Positions 22,161-33,499 of a DNA stretch of 64,000 bases are shown here, piece after piece. Location of the stretch: positions 131,254,001-131,318,000 of the forward strand of contig NC_042997.1 of the NCBI RefSeq assembly GCF_006345805.1. Direction: 5' to 3'. Every line of letters begins with the position of its first letter. The stretch's first letter is position 1. Both the position numbers and the translations under genes were made by a program. The notes under the pieces are model-generated. The model ran no database searches. It had not been told where the DNA came from and was given only the letters and a program-made list of their open reading frames with translations. Source of the stretch: Octopus sinensis. Taxonomy: Eukaryota.

Positions 22161-22530
22161 GGCGTGCCCAGGTGGTAAGACTCTTGCTTTTCAACTACAT
22201 GGTTCCGGCTTCAGTTCTACTGCGTGGCACCTTGGGCAAGTGTCTTCTACTATAACCTCGGGCCAACCAAAGCCTTGTGAGTGTATTTGGTAGACGGAAA
22301 CAAAGAAACCCGTCACATATATATGTATATGTTTGTGTATTTGTTTGTCCCCATACCATCACTTAACAATCGATGTTGGTGTGTTTACGTCCCTGTAATC
22401 TGGCGGCTCGGCAAAAGAGACCGATAGAATAAGTACTAGGCTTACAAAAACTTCCTGGTGTCGATTCGTTCGACTAAAGGTGGTGCTCCAGCATGGCTGC
22501 AAATGACTGAAACCAGTAAAAGAATAAAAG
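22161..22530 (+). mobile_element. Main SINE family A copy
   Basis: Family A pattern. Confidence 0.85.
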
Positions 22531-22604
22531 ATATATATATATAGTCAGTAGTTCATATATCCGCAAAAGAAGCACACTTTAAAGTATTATACCAATAATA
22601 TATT

Positions 22605-23040
22605 TTTAGGAAGTTAAAAGTTATGGCCGGTCATAGCGGCCATTGGTTTTACACCTATAAAACGCTTAGCAGTATAGGCGACACGTCAGATCCAAATGGC
22701 TAAAGGCGCATAACCTCTCTACAACTAGAGGAAGAAAAACATAATTCAGTTGGTTTGTAAATAAAATATGTCTGTGGTGATATTTGAAGGAACTGCGGCA
22801 TTGCATAGATCCACCGTAGCTCCTGAGCCAATGTGACGAGGATAACCCCGCTCTATCTGCACCATGGACATTTCATTTTAGTCTACAGATCAACTGACTG
22901 TTACGTATTTCTTCCTCAGGTTGTAGAGAGGTTATGCACCTTCAGCCATTTGAGTCTGGCGAATCAACGATACTGCTAAGAACTTTATAAGTGCGAAACC
23001 AATGGTGACTATGATCAGCCACAACATTTAACTTCCTTAA
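22605..23040. mobile_element. Kolobok-like MITE with ~160-bp imperfect TIRs
   Basis: TTTA|GGAAGTTAAA..GCATAACCTCTCTACAAC is inverted at ..GTTGTAGAGAGGTTATGC..TTTAACTTCC|TTAA. Confidence 0.65.
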
Positions 23041-23943
23041 ATGCGTGCGCGCTATACACACACACACACACAAATACCGACATTTGTGTTTTTGTTTCTC
23101 CTTCACCACCGTTTGGAAAGCGGTGAAATTTTATATCCCCACAACACAGCGATTCTGCAAAGTCTCCGACACAATAAGTATCGGACTAACGATTAAATAC
23201 TAGTCGATTTATTCGACTAAACACTTGGTGACGTTCCAGCATAGCCGTAGTCCAGTTGTTGACTCAAATAAAAGATAAGTCAAATGCTGGGAGTAACATT
23301 CTTTTATTTACTCAAATAGTGAAATGTACGATTTTATATAGATCTATATCATGGCTGTGGAACGAACCAACCAAGAGTAGGGCGTGCATACATGAGCATC
23401 TAGGCCATAGCTCTTGAAAAATCCAGAAAAAAGCCACCAGAATTAAGAAATCTATTCTGTGAAGGAATATTTAAAAACGTAGCAATTATAACTGCAGAGA
23501 AGAGTTAAAGAGAAAGCCTGATACAAGTGTTCAAAATGATGAATGACCTTGAAAATATGTTCGTATATTATTGTAGAAAAATGAAAATATAAGAAAGAGG
23601 TCATGCCTACGCACTTTATCAAGTAACAATGCTCTAAAGACATCAGAAGATATTTTTATTTTCAAAGAACTTTTAGTGAATGGAATAGTTTGTCAGGTCA
23701 AAGTAGTAAACACTATAACAGTAAATAACTTTAAAGATATGAGATGAAATGAAGATTAAAACTCATCTGACGCGGAGTTGCGGTGATCTGAGAGCACTAA
23801 GTAGTGCAAAGGGAATTTCGCAAAATTCAATTGATAGCTTTTTCGGGTTGTTTCTTCTCCCTACTCTTGCAATATCTTATTGTTTTCGTGTATGTAATAA
23901 TTGTATTGCTCTAGTAATGGTTGTAGTAGTGGTGTTTAAAGTA

Positions 23944-24126
23944 ATGGCCCAGTGGATAGGGCAGCAGACTCACGGTTGTAGGATTGCGGTTTCGATTCTC
24001 AGACCGGGCGTTGTGAGTGTTTATTGAGCGTAAACACCTAAAGCTCCACGAGGCTCCGGTAGGGGATGGTGGCGATCCCTGCTCTACTCTTTCGCCACAA
24101 CTTTCTCTCACTTTCTTCTTGGCCTG
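23944..24126 (+). mobile_element. tRNA-derived SINE family D (partial)
   Basis: TGGCCCAGTGG A-box, GTTTCGATTCT B-box; homologous to 30441-30725 (minus). Confidence 0.8.
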
Positions 24127-24407
24127 TTCACTTTTGTGAATACTTTTTTAACGGGGTTAGTTGCGTTGAGGGATAAAGCTGGTTTAAGTTCCAATGTATG
24201 TGTGCGTGTAGATAAAGGAACAGAAACTAAGAGGATAAAATGCGACGATTTCTTCAACCCGTTAAAGAGCATTAACACAGCATAGCTGTTGCGATACATT
24301 TTGAAAGAGCGGTCAGAATATATACACAATGGTTTTACATGCAGTTGGTACATAATGAAGTATGTGATGTAAAATAGGAAAAAAAATACGTGACATTATT
24401 TCTGCAG

Positions 24408-24561
24408 GAAGACAGGAACAAATTTACGCGTCAAAGGATGCCAGAGAATGCCCGAAGGCCGTCTGCGAAATAAATTTCCTCTCTGTCGAAGATACGAACT
24501 CGATCGTGCAAACCTACCTCTCTAAAGAAATAGCGGCAAAGGCTTCCTTATATAGTTATGG
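24408..24561 (+). CDS. Candidate internal coding exon of an unidentified gene (duplicated at 25163-25316)
   Basis: TTATTTCTGCAG acceptor, GG|GTAAGT donor, one open frame: RQEQIYASKDARECPKAVCEINFLSVEDTNSIVQTYLSKEIAAKASLYSYG. Confidence 0.45.
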
Positions 24562-24749
24562 GTAAGTTCCCAGCGGAGAGGCATAAATTTAGCGCGCTTG
24601 GCTGGTCTGTCACGTGATGAGATGGATAGCCAGAAAGGCTAGATCGATGAGTGCGACCACTTGCAGAAAACAGGCACTCTGTGAACATGCTTCTGCTATA
24701 CCTTCAATGAAAAGTGTTCTATCCATTACCATTTTGTATGTCTCTTTCT

Positions 24750-24914
24750 TTGGACTATTTACTCGTGCGTAAGTCGCACTGTTTCATACTTGGTTTTAGC
24801 TTTGAAAAATATAGTTGCGACTTATACACGAGGCAAAGCTAAAACTATAAAGGAAAAAAATCAAAGATCTAACACTAGATAAAGGGCGCAACTTTTACAC
24901 GAATAAATATGGTA
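24750..24914. mobile_element. pogo/Tc1-like mini-MITE (duplicated at about 25504-25668)
   Basis: TATTTTACTCGTGCGTAAGTCGCAC .. GCGCAACTTTTACACGAATAAATATGGTA, internal GCGACTTATACACGAG. Confidence 0.55.
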
Positions 24915-25937
24915 TATCCAGTGAGGGATAAAGCTGGTTTAAGTTCCAATGTAGGGTTTGCGGTGTAGATAAAGGAACAGAAACTAAGAGGATAAATGCG
25001 ACGATTTCTTCAACCCGTTAAAGAGCATTAACACAGCATAGTGTTGCGATACATTTTGAAAGAGCGGTCAGAATATATACACAATGGTTTTACATGCAGT
25101 TGGTACATAATGAAGTATGTGATGTAAAATAGGAAAAAAAATACGTGACATTATTTCTGCAGGAAGACAGGAACAAATTTACGCGTCAAAGGATGCCAGA
25201 GAATGCCCGAAGGCCGCCTGCGAAATAAATTTCCTCTCTGTCGAAGATACGAACTCGATCGTGCAAACCTACCTCTCTAAAGAAATAGCGGCAAAGGCTT
25301 CCTTATATAGTTATGGGTAAGTTCCCAGCGGAGAGGCATAAATTTAGCGCGCTTGGCTGGTCTGTCACGTGATGAGATGGATAGCCAGAAAGGCTAGATC
25401 GATGAGTGCGACCACTTGCAGAAAACAGGCACTCTGTGAACATGCTTCTGCTATACCTTCAATGAAAGTGTTCTATCCATTACCATTTTGTATGTCTCTT
25501 TCTTTGGACTATTTACTCGTGCGTAAGTCGCACTGTTTCATACTTGGTTTTAGCTTTGAAAAATATAGTTGCGACTTATACACGAGGCAAAGCTAAAACT
25601 ATAAAGGAAAAAAATCAAAGATCTAACACTAGATAAAGGGCGCAACTTTTACACGAATAAATATGGTATATCCAGTGCTTCGTTTCCAACATATCTTTTT
25701 TTTTTTATAAGAGTTTTATTTAAGATATTTGGCTGTCATTTTTTAGCACAAAAACTTTTGTTTCGTAATTCAGGCCTGTTTCAGGCCAATGATACAAAAA
25801 CAGTCAACATTATTTAAAATTCTACTATAAGAATCCTACAAAAGCGCACACCATTTGTGTGTGTTTTGTAATATTTCATTACAGAGGGAAGTCATAATTT
25901 TCCATGCCTTTCTACTGCAAATTTATTTTAGATATAA

Positions 25938-26152
25938 GTGCAAGCATGGCTGTGTGGTAAGAAGCTTGCTTCCCAGCCACTTGGTTCCGGGTTCAATCCC
26001 ACTGCGCGTCACCTTGGGTGAGTGTCATCTACTATAACCTCGGGCCGACCAAAGCCTTGTGAATTTATTTGGTAGACGGAAACTGAAAGACTGTGTTTGT
26101 CCCCCCACCCCATCATCATCACTTGATAACCGATGTTGGTATGTTTACATTT
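25938..26152 (+). mobile_element. Main SINE family A, partial
   Basis: Head and CORE-like part of family A. Confidence 0.8.
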
Positions 26153-27158
26153 CCGGCCGTGGTGACTCTTTTTTCCTAATTTAAAGGAGTCCATGACTAC
26201 ATAATCTAACGTATTCTCTTTCTTCAAATGGTAGCATGAGATTTGACGAAAGATTAGCGCCATTTTTTGCAAATAAAACTTTAAATTTAATTATGGCAAC
26301 GTTTGTTTTATCTTATTTTTATTCTTTCTCTAATTTTTCACTCATTAAATTTTCTTCATTGACAGCTGTGACTTAACTGCTTACTTAATCACCACCATCA
26401 CCACAAAGATGTCGAAATAAAATTAAACTTAAGCGATACTCAGCCACCCATTCATACTTTCCTTTACATATAAATTTTATTTCCACTCCTCTCAAATTCC
26501 CAAGACAATCACCGATTTAAATATTTTTTTACATATTTATTACGATTGCAGATTTTGTTTAGTCTGTTATTGGTATTATATGCTTTCAGCTCTGTTAAAT
26601 TCTAACATAGCCTTTAATTTCCCTAGATAATTCATGTTATTCCGACCAGAAGTTTCTGCCATTAAACAAATTCATATGAGACTGTTTATAAGTTCGCTTT
26701 AACTTATCCGAGGGGGTAGTGGTAACAAGTTAGTAGGGAAATGTCAGTATATTTTTATGTCTCAGTTTACTCTAACTCAATATTATTTCTAATATATTTA
26801 GGCTTTCCGTAGGATAACTGGATGTAAATATTTTTTTTCTTCGGTGGTCGGAATACTATATCAGGACTGCAATAACTAAAATTTAAAGATAAGAAACTGT
26901 AAGTGTCGCTAGTAGCCATTGGGGGTAAAGCTGGTTAATGTAATTCAGTGAAAAAAGGATAGAGGAAGACGACTTTGTTGTTGTTGTTACATCAAGATTT
27001 GATAACATTTCTCCAGAATGGTGTTACATTTTAGCGATTTTAGATGATACATTTTAGCGACTTGTCCTATTTACTGATGAATAAATCGGGTAAAGATTTT
27101 GTTGTGATGCAGTCTAGTTCTGCATTTGTTTTGTTTTGTTTTTATCATCTTGAAATAG

Positions 27159-27237
27159 ATATGGTTGACTTTGAACGTAGTAATCGACTGGAGTTGTTTC
27201 AGTGCAATACGTTGCGATAAATAATAATGGCGGTCCA
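27159..27237 (+). other. Candidate exon
   Basis: Long T-rich tract then AATAG acceptor, CCA|GTAAGT donor; spliced after 24408-24561 it gives ..YSYG-YG-stop. Confidence 0.3.
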
Positions 27238-28077
27238 GTAAGTCAGACAACTTGAAACTCACATGAAAGTGAAGAATTGCATTATTTAGACAGCGTATCT
27301 AATAAAATGTTCAGTACATATTAGACAGCGTATCTAATAAAATGTTCAGTACATATTCCTTGATCTAAGTCCATCGCTCTCCGATGCCAACTCTGTTCTT
27401 CGCCCATTTTGTCTTTATAAAATAAGTCCCGAGCAAAGATCGATATAGTCTGCTCTTGACACCACAAAAAAAAAAAAAAAAAAATTGAAGCCTTTTACAT
27501 ATATTAGTAATTAGAGGGAAGATTTAACTGTCCAGGAGGCCCTCTATGTGGTCACTCGAGTAGCAGTAAATAACCAAATCTGCCTCATATTAACCTCCCG
27601 TTTTTAAAAGAAAACAAACATTGGACAGCATAGTCTTAGATATTACCGCTTGAAATGATGACGGAATGGTTACAGCTAGGATGCTTGAATAAACAACCAG
27701 TGTCTCGACAGAAGCTTGTATGTTTACACGTGTCTATACGTTTGCATGCTTATACACACACATACATTTTTTTAATGTTTAATCGACAAAGTTACAAACG
27801 AGACTCAAGAACATTAGTTTCGTGCCTAAGTACCATGTACGAAACTCTCAGATCTTGAGTCACTAATTGTGTTTTTTGTATTAAAAAGCGTATATATACT
27901 TATTGTTTTTTCTCCTGATTGTTGTTCTAAGCACACACGCACACAAACTGCGTGTGATGAGATAGACCGCAATATCGTTAGAAACAGAGGACTACATTCT
28001 TTGAATAATACAATTATGGAGACTCTCATACAGGACTTCAAGTTTCTACAGTTCTATATTTAAGAGATGAAGAATTA

Positions 28078-28380
28078 TGTACATTATTTACATTTGACGG
28101 ATATTTGTTCACATCTTGTTTGTCGTTAACACAACGTTTCGGGCATATGACGTAGTGGTTAAGAGCGTGGGCTACTAACCCCAAAATTCCGAGTTCGATT
28201 CCAGGCAGTGGCCTGAATAATAATAAGAATAACAACATCGAAAAATACCATAGCGATGAGGACCCAGGTTCGAAATTTCCCCAAGACACCTGATGAAGGC
28301 TGGAGAGTATATCAGCCGAAACGTAGTGTTAACAACAAACAGAGTGTGGGCAAATATCCGTCAAATGTAAATAATGTTCA
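28078..28380 (+). mobile_element. tRNA-headed element with hammerhead-containing tail and 5' inverted tail copy (Penelope-like architecture)
   Basis: Inverted repeats 28078-28142 / 28316-28380; tRNA-like head 28141-28213 (TGACGTAGTGG A-box, GAGTTCGATTCC B-box); hammerhead 28285-28330. Confidence 0.8.
28285..28330 (+). ncRNA. Minimal type I hammerhead ribozyme, core intact
   Basis: GACAC-CTGATGA-A-GGCTGG(AGAGTATA)TCAGCC-GAAA-C-GTA^GTGTT; stem I GACAC/GTGTT, 6-bp stem II, palindromic ACGT helix III, predicted cleavage after 28325. Confidence 0.8.
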
Positions 28381-28479
28381 AGTTCCTATGTCAGCGATAC
28401 GATGATCGTTGCACTTTAGTTGTTGCAAGTTTGGTTCCCCCAATCCCCATAATTTTTCTTGCTCGTTATTGATGATGCT

Positions 28480-28630
28480 TCAAGCACCGGACTTCCGATG
28501 GCTGAAGAAGACATCACCGTATCCGTGAAAAAATTTTGAAGTCCGGTATGTGAGACTCCATAACTCTGTCATTCAATACACATACGCATCGCGCGCGCGC
28601 ACACACACATTGTTCACGTGACTATTCGAT
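28480..28630 (+). promoter_or_regulatory. CpG-rich housekeeping-type promoter and candidate first exon
   Basis: ETS-type ACTTCCG directly before ATGGCT (28498), CCG|GTATGT donor (28546), (CG)n and TCACGTGA E-box downstream; CpG depletion begins just after. Confidence 0.5.
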
Positions 28631-28984
28631 AGTAAAACATTAGCACTTTGTAATATAAATGCCACAAGTAAATATTAAAGCATTTCAACACTTTGATTCT
28701 TTTGTAAATATTACAATGCAATGTTTTCACTTGGATGGAGTTAGGAATGATAAATACAATGAATTATATGTGCTTGTGTATTATAAATTCATGTATCGTG
28801 CGTTACAAACACTTTTCTACTTGACACTGATAGCAAATGAACAAGTTATAGACATTTTCTTCCCTCTTTCTCTCTTTTTTTCTTTTTGCAAGTCAGTAAG
28901 CAAAGTAGCCATTTGAACTGGCTATATATAATTTATGTACTCACATTATATTTGTGTGTGTATGCATGAATGTATGAATGTTTT

Positions 28985-29023
<39 letters not shown>

Positions 29024-29185
29024 GTGCAGGAGTGGCTGTGTGGTAAGTAGCTTGCTTACCAACCACATGGTTCCAGGTTCAGTCCCACTGTGCGGCACCT
29101 TGGGCAAGTGTCTTCTACTATAGCCTCGAGCCAACCAAAACCTTGTGAGTAGATTTGGTAGATGGAAACTGAAAGAAGCCCATTG

Positions 29186-29217
<32 letters not shown>

Positions 29218-29408
29218 GGTGTTTGTCCCCCCATCAATCGATGCTGGTGTGTTTACGTCCCCCGTAACTTAGCAGTTCTGCAAAAGAGACTGATAGAAAA
29301 AGTACTAGGCTTACAAAGAATAAGTCCTAGGGTTGATTTGCTTGACTAAAGGCAGTGCTCCAGCATGGCCACAGTCAAAATGACTGAAACAAGTAAGAGT
29401 AAAAGAGT
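29024..29408 (+). mobile_element. Main SINE family A copy, CpG-decayed
   Basis: Family A pattern with TpG/CpA at consensus CpG sites. Confidence 0.9.
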
Positions 29409-29829
29409 ATGCACTTGTGTGTGTGTGTGTGTATATTATATGGATGTATTTGTGGATGTGTATATATGTACTTATGCATGTGTGCATATGTACATGTGTA
29501 TGCGCGTGTGTAAAATGTGTTTGAGCAAAGCAGAATTGGTTTTTATATTATGTCTGATCGCTCTACGCCCTCAAAAACCAGTGGAATGTAAAAGTCTTTT
29601 AGTTGAAATTTAGGTGAAGGTTGACAACAGATATAAAAAAAATCATGCTTCAAAATCAATTCCTGTCCAATTCATGAAAGCATGGAAAAACAAGGTAAAA
29701 GCATGATGTTGGGGTCAATCCCACTGCATGGCATTTTAGGCCAGTATCATTTATAGTCCTCCACTGACCAAAATACCTTGCTAGTGAATTTGATACAGAA
29801 ACTGTGGGTGTCTGACATGTATAAGTGTA

Positions 29830-30078
29830 TACTCTTTTATTACTCTTTTACTTGTTTCAGTCATTTGACTGTGGCCATGCTGGAGCACTGCCTTTAGTCG
29901 AGCAAATCGACTCCAGGACTTATTCTTTGGAAGCCTAGTACTTACTCTATCAGTCTCTTTTGCTGAAACTGCTAAGTTATGGGGACATAAACACACCAGC
30001 ATCGTTGTCAAGCTATGTTGGGGGGACAAACACAGACACACAAACATATATATATACACATACATAAAAAAATACATT

Positions 30079-30123
<45 letters not shown>

Positions 30124-30209
30124 GACGGGTTTCTTTCAGTTTCCGTCTACCAAATCCACTGACAAGGTTTTTGGTCGGCCTGAGCCTATAGTAGAAGACA
30201 CTTGCCCAA
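29830..30209 (-). mobile_element. Main SINE family A copy, 5'-truncated
   Basis: Reverse-complement family A pattern. Confidence 0.85.
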
Positions 30210-30440
30210 TATGCCGTGCAATCTCTTTGTGACTGCCCCCACCGCCGTTTGACGACTGGTGTTGGTTTGTTTACATCCCTGTAACAGTGTTTCAGTAAAA
30301 GAGTCCAACAGAACAAGTACCACATTTTAAAAAGATTACTGTGGTTAATTTTTCTAAAACCCCCTCAAGCAGTACCCTTGAATGGCCACAGGCAATGACT
30401 GAAGCCAGTAAAAGAAAAAATATATATATTTGTGTATATC

Positions 30441-30725
30441 ATTGTGACCGACCAGGCTATCAGATGTTGCTACACATCGCTGGTCACAATGCGCTTCACA
30501 TTGTTTTAGTCTTCAAATGATGCCACCTTGCTCGCTAAGTGAACAGGCCAACAGAAGAAAGAGTGAGAGAAAGTTGTGGCGAAAGAGTACAGCAGGGATC
30601 GCCACCACCCCCTGCAAGAGCCTTGTGGAGCTTTAGGTATTTTCACTCAATAAACACTCACAACAGCCGGTCTGGGAATCAAAACCGCGATTCTACAACC
30701 ACGAGTCTGCTGCCCTAACCACTGC
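30441..30725 (-). mobile_element. tRNA-derived SINE family D
   Basis: Homologous to 23944-24126, with extended 3' part. Confidence 0.8.
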
Positions 30726-32787
30726 ATACATAAATACATGCTGTGCAACCTCCCAAAACTGGACACCAATATTTAAGCCTTATGCATGAGTAATTAGTTC
30801 GCCTATGATGAAAATCAAACAATACTAAAGTAAGCAATCCCCACAGATTATGAATACATAAAATCTTGCCACTTCATCAGAATGAAGGACAACCCAGAAG
30901 TGTAAGACTAAATTATAAGTCAAGTATAACATATGTACATTCCCATCATGAGCTGCCCAAAATGTAAAAAAAAACTGAAATTTTCAGAACCTCTTTAGTG
31001 TGTGGTTGACTTGGTGATTTTTATTTAGCAGGCAATCTAACCCTAACTTATAACACTAAACCCTAACCCCAGATCAGGTCATTTCCCATCATAGACCACT
31101 AATACTGTGGTAGACTACACGCTGAAGCAGCACGAAATTTTCTTCATATTTTCAATGCTTTTATTGATGGCAATCTAATGTTCCTTAGTTAAATATTGAA
31201 TCAATAAAAAATTCAATAGAAAAAGGAATAAATCAGTAAATGGTATTTTGCATTGTGTAGATAAAACCATTGTTAGTCAATTAATGATTCTCCACAAATA
31301 AAGCCAAAGTTGTGTATTCTTTTCTCATTTAGCACTTCATAATAAACCAATAAGTTAGCATCATCATCATGTTAATGTCCTCTTTTCTGTGTTCATGTAG
31401 GTCAGATGTAATTTGTTGAGGCAAATTTTCTACAGCCAGACGCCCAAATTGACTTTGCATTTTTTCCTTCAGGGTTGATAAAATAAGTACCAGTTAAGTA
31501 CTAGAGTTGACATAATCGACTTTTCAACAAAATTGCTGGCTTTTTTTCAAAAATTAAAAGGAATTATCCAATGGAAAACTCTAGTACAGACAGCTATAGA
31601 GGAATAAATTTTGTTTCATATACTGGGTGTTTTTTTTTTTTTTTGTAAGAGAAGACTTGTGTGAAGTTTGGCATTTACAGTTATATGTAATAAAGCTAAA
31701 TCATTTAAGTCAGTAAAAAATCAAAATAGGTTTATGTACATACATATATCTTGGAGAAGCCTTTGACCAATACTGCAGTAAACCAAATACGTAACCCAAC
31801 AAGGAAACTTCTGCATGAGCACTCAGCCAGCTAGAAATACCAGCCAACACTGTTTCCAAACTATACCATGCCATCTTAAAGAGGGCTACATTGAATAATG
31901 CAGCCTAGAGGAAATTATGACTGAAAAGATGGAATGGTCATAACTGGACAGCCTTTGATCACGGATCTTGATCACAGTATACTTGGAGATAAACAACCAC
32001 TAAATGGAACATTTTTTAATAAATGTTTGGCTATTTTAATGCTTCGTGGTTTGGTTGCCCTCTAAACTTATACCTTTTTTAAAAAATAGTAAATGACTTG
32101 ATTTCTATGTGAAATTGGTGTCTTACTATGGCTACAGTCCATTGGCTGAAGCCAGTAAATGAGGAATGAAAAGAATGTGCATAAAGGGCAAATTCAGTTT
32201 ACTGACTGCTCAGTGTTGAAGGTATAAAATGGCCAATTCCTTAACTATTACTTTCTATTTGTCATCATTTCATGTCCAGCTTTCATACTGGCCTGGATTA
32301 GATGTTTTGACAGTCTGACAAGCTGGAGGACTGCATCATGCTCCTGTGTCTACTTTGGCATGGTTTCTATGACTGGATGCCCTTCCTAATGTCAACCTCT
32401 TCCCAGTGTACTGTATGCTGTTTTTCATGGCACCAGCACTAGGGTTGATCATCTTATAACTAGCATGGCTGACTATATAACTGAAGACTCTTATAAATGA
32501 AAAACAGAAGAGTTGGTGAAAATCCTATGCAGAGGCATGACTATGTATACCATGCAAGGGTATACATATTTGGGTGTTAATGCATACTAATGTAATCTTG
32601 AATTACAGGATATTCTGATTAAACTTTCAATCTGTGTTTCATAAAAACAAAAATCCTGACATAAAAGGTTCTTATTTAGTTTAGCTTTGATTCAGAATAG
32701 TCTCTTTCCCCCTGGCTTTTTTGTTGTTTTTTTTTTATAATTATTTCGTAGATTAAGCTATATCTTTATTTGGTTATCAGTTGTCAG

Positions 32788-32865
32788 CTCATGGAGAATG
32801 TCTTGTATTCAAACAAGATCTCTTTGAGATACTAAACTGCCAGACAAAGGGGAAAGAAGGAAATG
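32788..32865 (+). CDS. Candidate coding exon of the gene starting near 28.5 kb
   Basis: Acceptors at 32780 and 32787 after a T-rich tract, G|GTAATG donor; single open frame (LS)AHGECLVFKQDLFEILNCQTKGKEGN. Confidence 0.4.
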
Positions 32866-33499
32866 GTAATGTCTCTGAGCATTTAATTACACTCTGTGAT
32901 ATAATCTCACCTCAAGTATCAACAGGGAAAAAGGTTATTCAGTATATTAGTTCACTTTGGGGAAGGTAAAGTTAAGGCTGGAGGAGATTTGGCTGTTCTT
33001 TATAGCAAGCAAGTCATCACAGGTTGCACATAATGGAACGAAGGTACTGAAAGTCAAAGATCAACTGGATATGTAGGGGTTATTGTTTGTTGCTGATACT
33101 AACTCCTTTACAAACTTCCTGCTCCAGCAGGCACAAATATTTCTAAACACCCACAAGTGTCTGCAATATTTCAGAACACAATCCTTTTCATTCTGATTAG
33201 AACAGTTATTAAAGACAAGTGATGCACATAAATGGCAACAGAAGCAACAGCCGGAAGACAATGCTATGCTGATGTGCATAAACCACTCCCATGAAATGCT
33301 TAGGAAAAGCAAACAGTGATGTCTGATCATCTTTACATTGCTTCTTTCCTCTGCTGTGTCTATCATTAGAATCAACCAGTGGAGGTGATCATGGTGGGGC
33401 TTTTATGTGGTCACTTAACTTGCTAGAAACAGCAGCTGAATTTCTCAAATTACAATATATAGATGACCTGCTCACCACAACAGAATTGATATCCTAAAA

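Larger units (their letters stand above)
24167..25675 (+). repeat. Near-identical 755-bp tandem duplication (24167-24921 / 24922-25675)
   Basis: Copies align end to end; differences are mostly 1-bp indels plus a few substitutions. Confidence 0.95.

Noticed and set aside
27286-27357. 35-bp exact tandem duplication (also a 24-bp one at 56059-56106) as a CRISPR-like or functional array
   Set aside because: Two adjacent copies with no spacers; ordinary slippage or assembly duplication in a eukaryote.
28141-28213. tRNA gene with ACT anticodon (Ser)
   Set aside because: Acceptor and T stems pair poorly, and it is fused to the hammerhead tail; treated as a SINE head.
28502-28530. CTGAAGA..GAAA hammerhead-like spacing
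   Set aside because: No stem II or stem I complementarity; better explained as the candidate first exon.
28537-28539. In-frame TGA as selenocysteine
   Set aside because: No CxxU-type or known selenoprotein context and no SECIS identified; an indel error is simpler.
30848-30902. Possible exon DYEYIKSCHFIRMKDNPEV with GTAAGA donor
   Set aside because: No polypyrimidine tract, and its phase does not join the 32.8-kb exon using the good donor; too uncertain to list.
31039-31072. TAACCC telomere-like units
   Set aside because: Only a few degenerate units; insufficient for an interstitial telomere call.
24408-32865. Joining the 24.4-kb and 32.8-kb exons into a cyclic-nucleotide-binding domain
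   Set aside because: The resemblance is superficial, the central FGE/RTA motifs were not found, and a promoter-like boundary lies between them.
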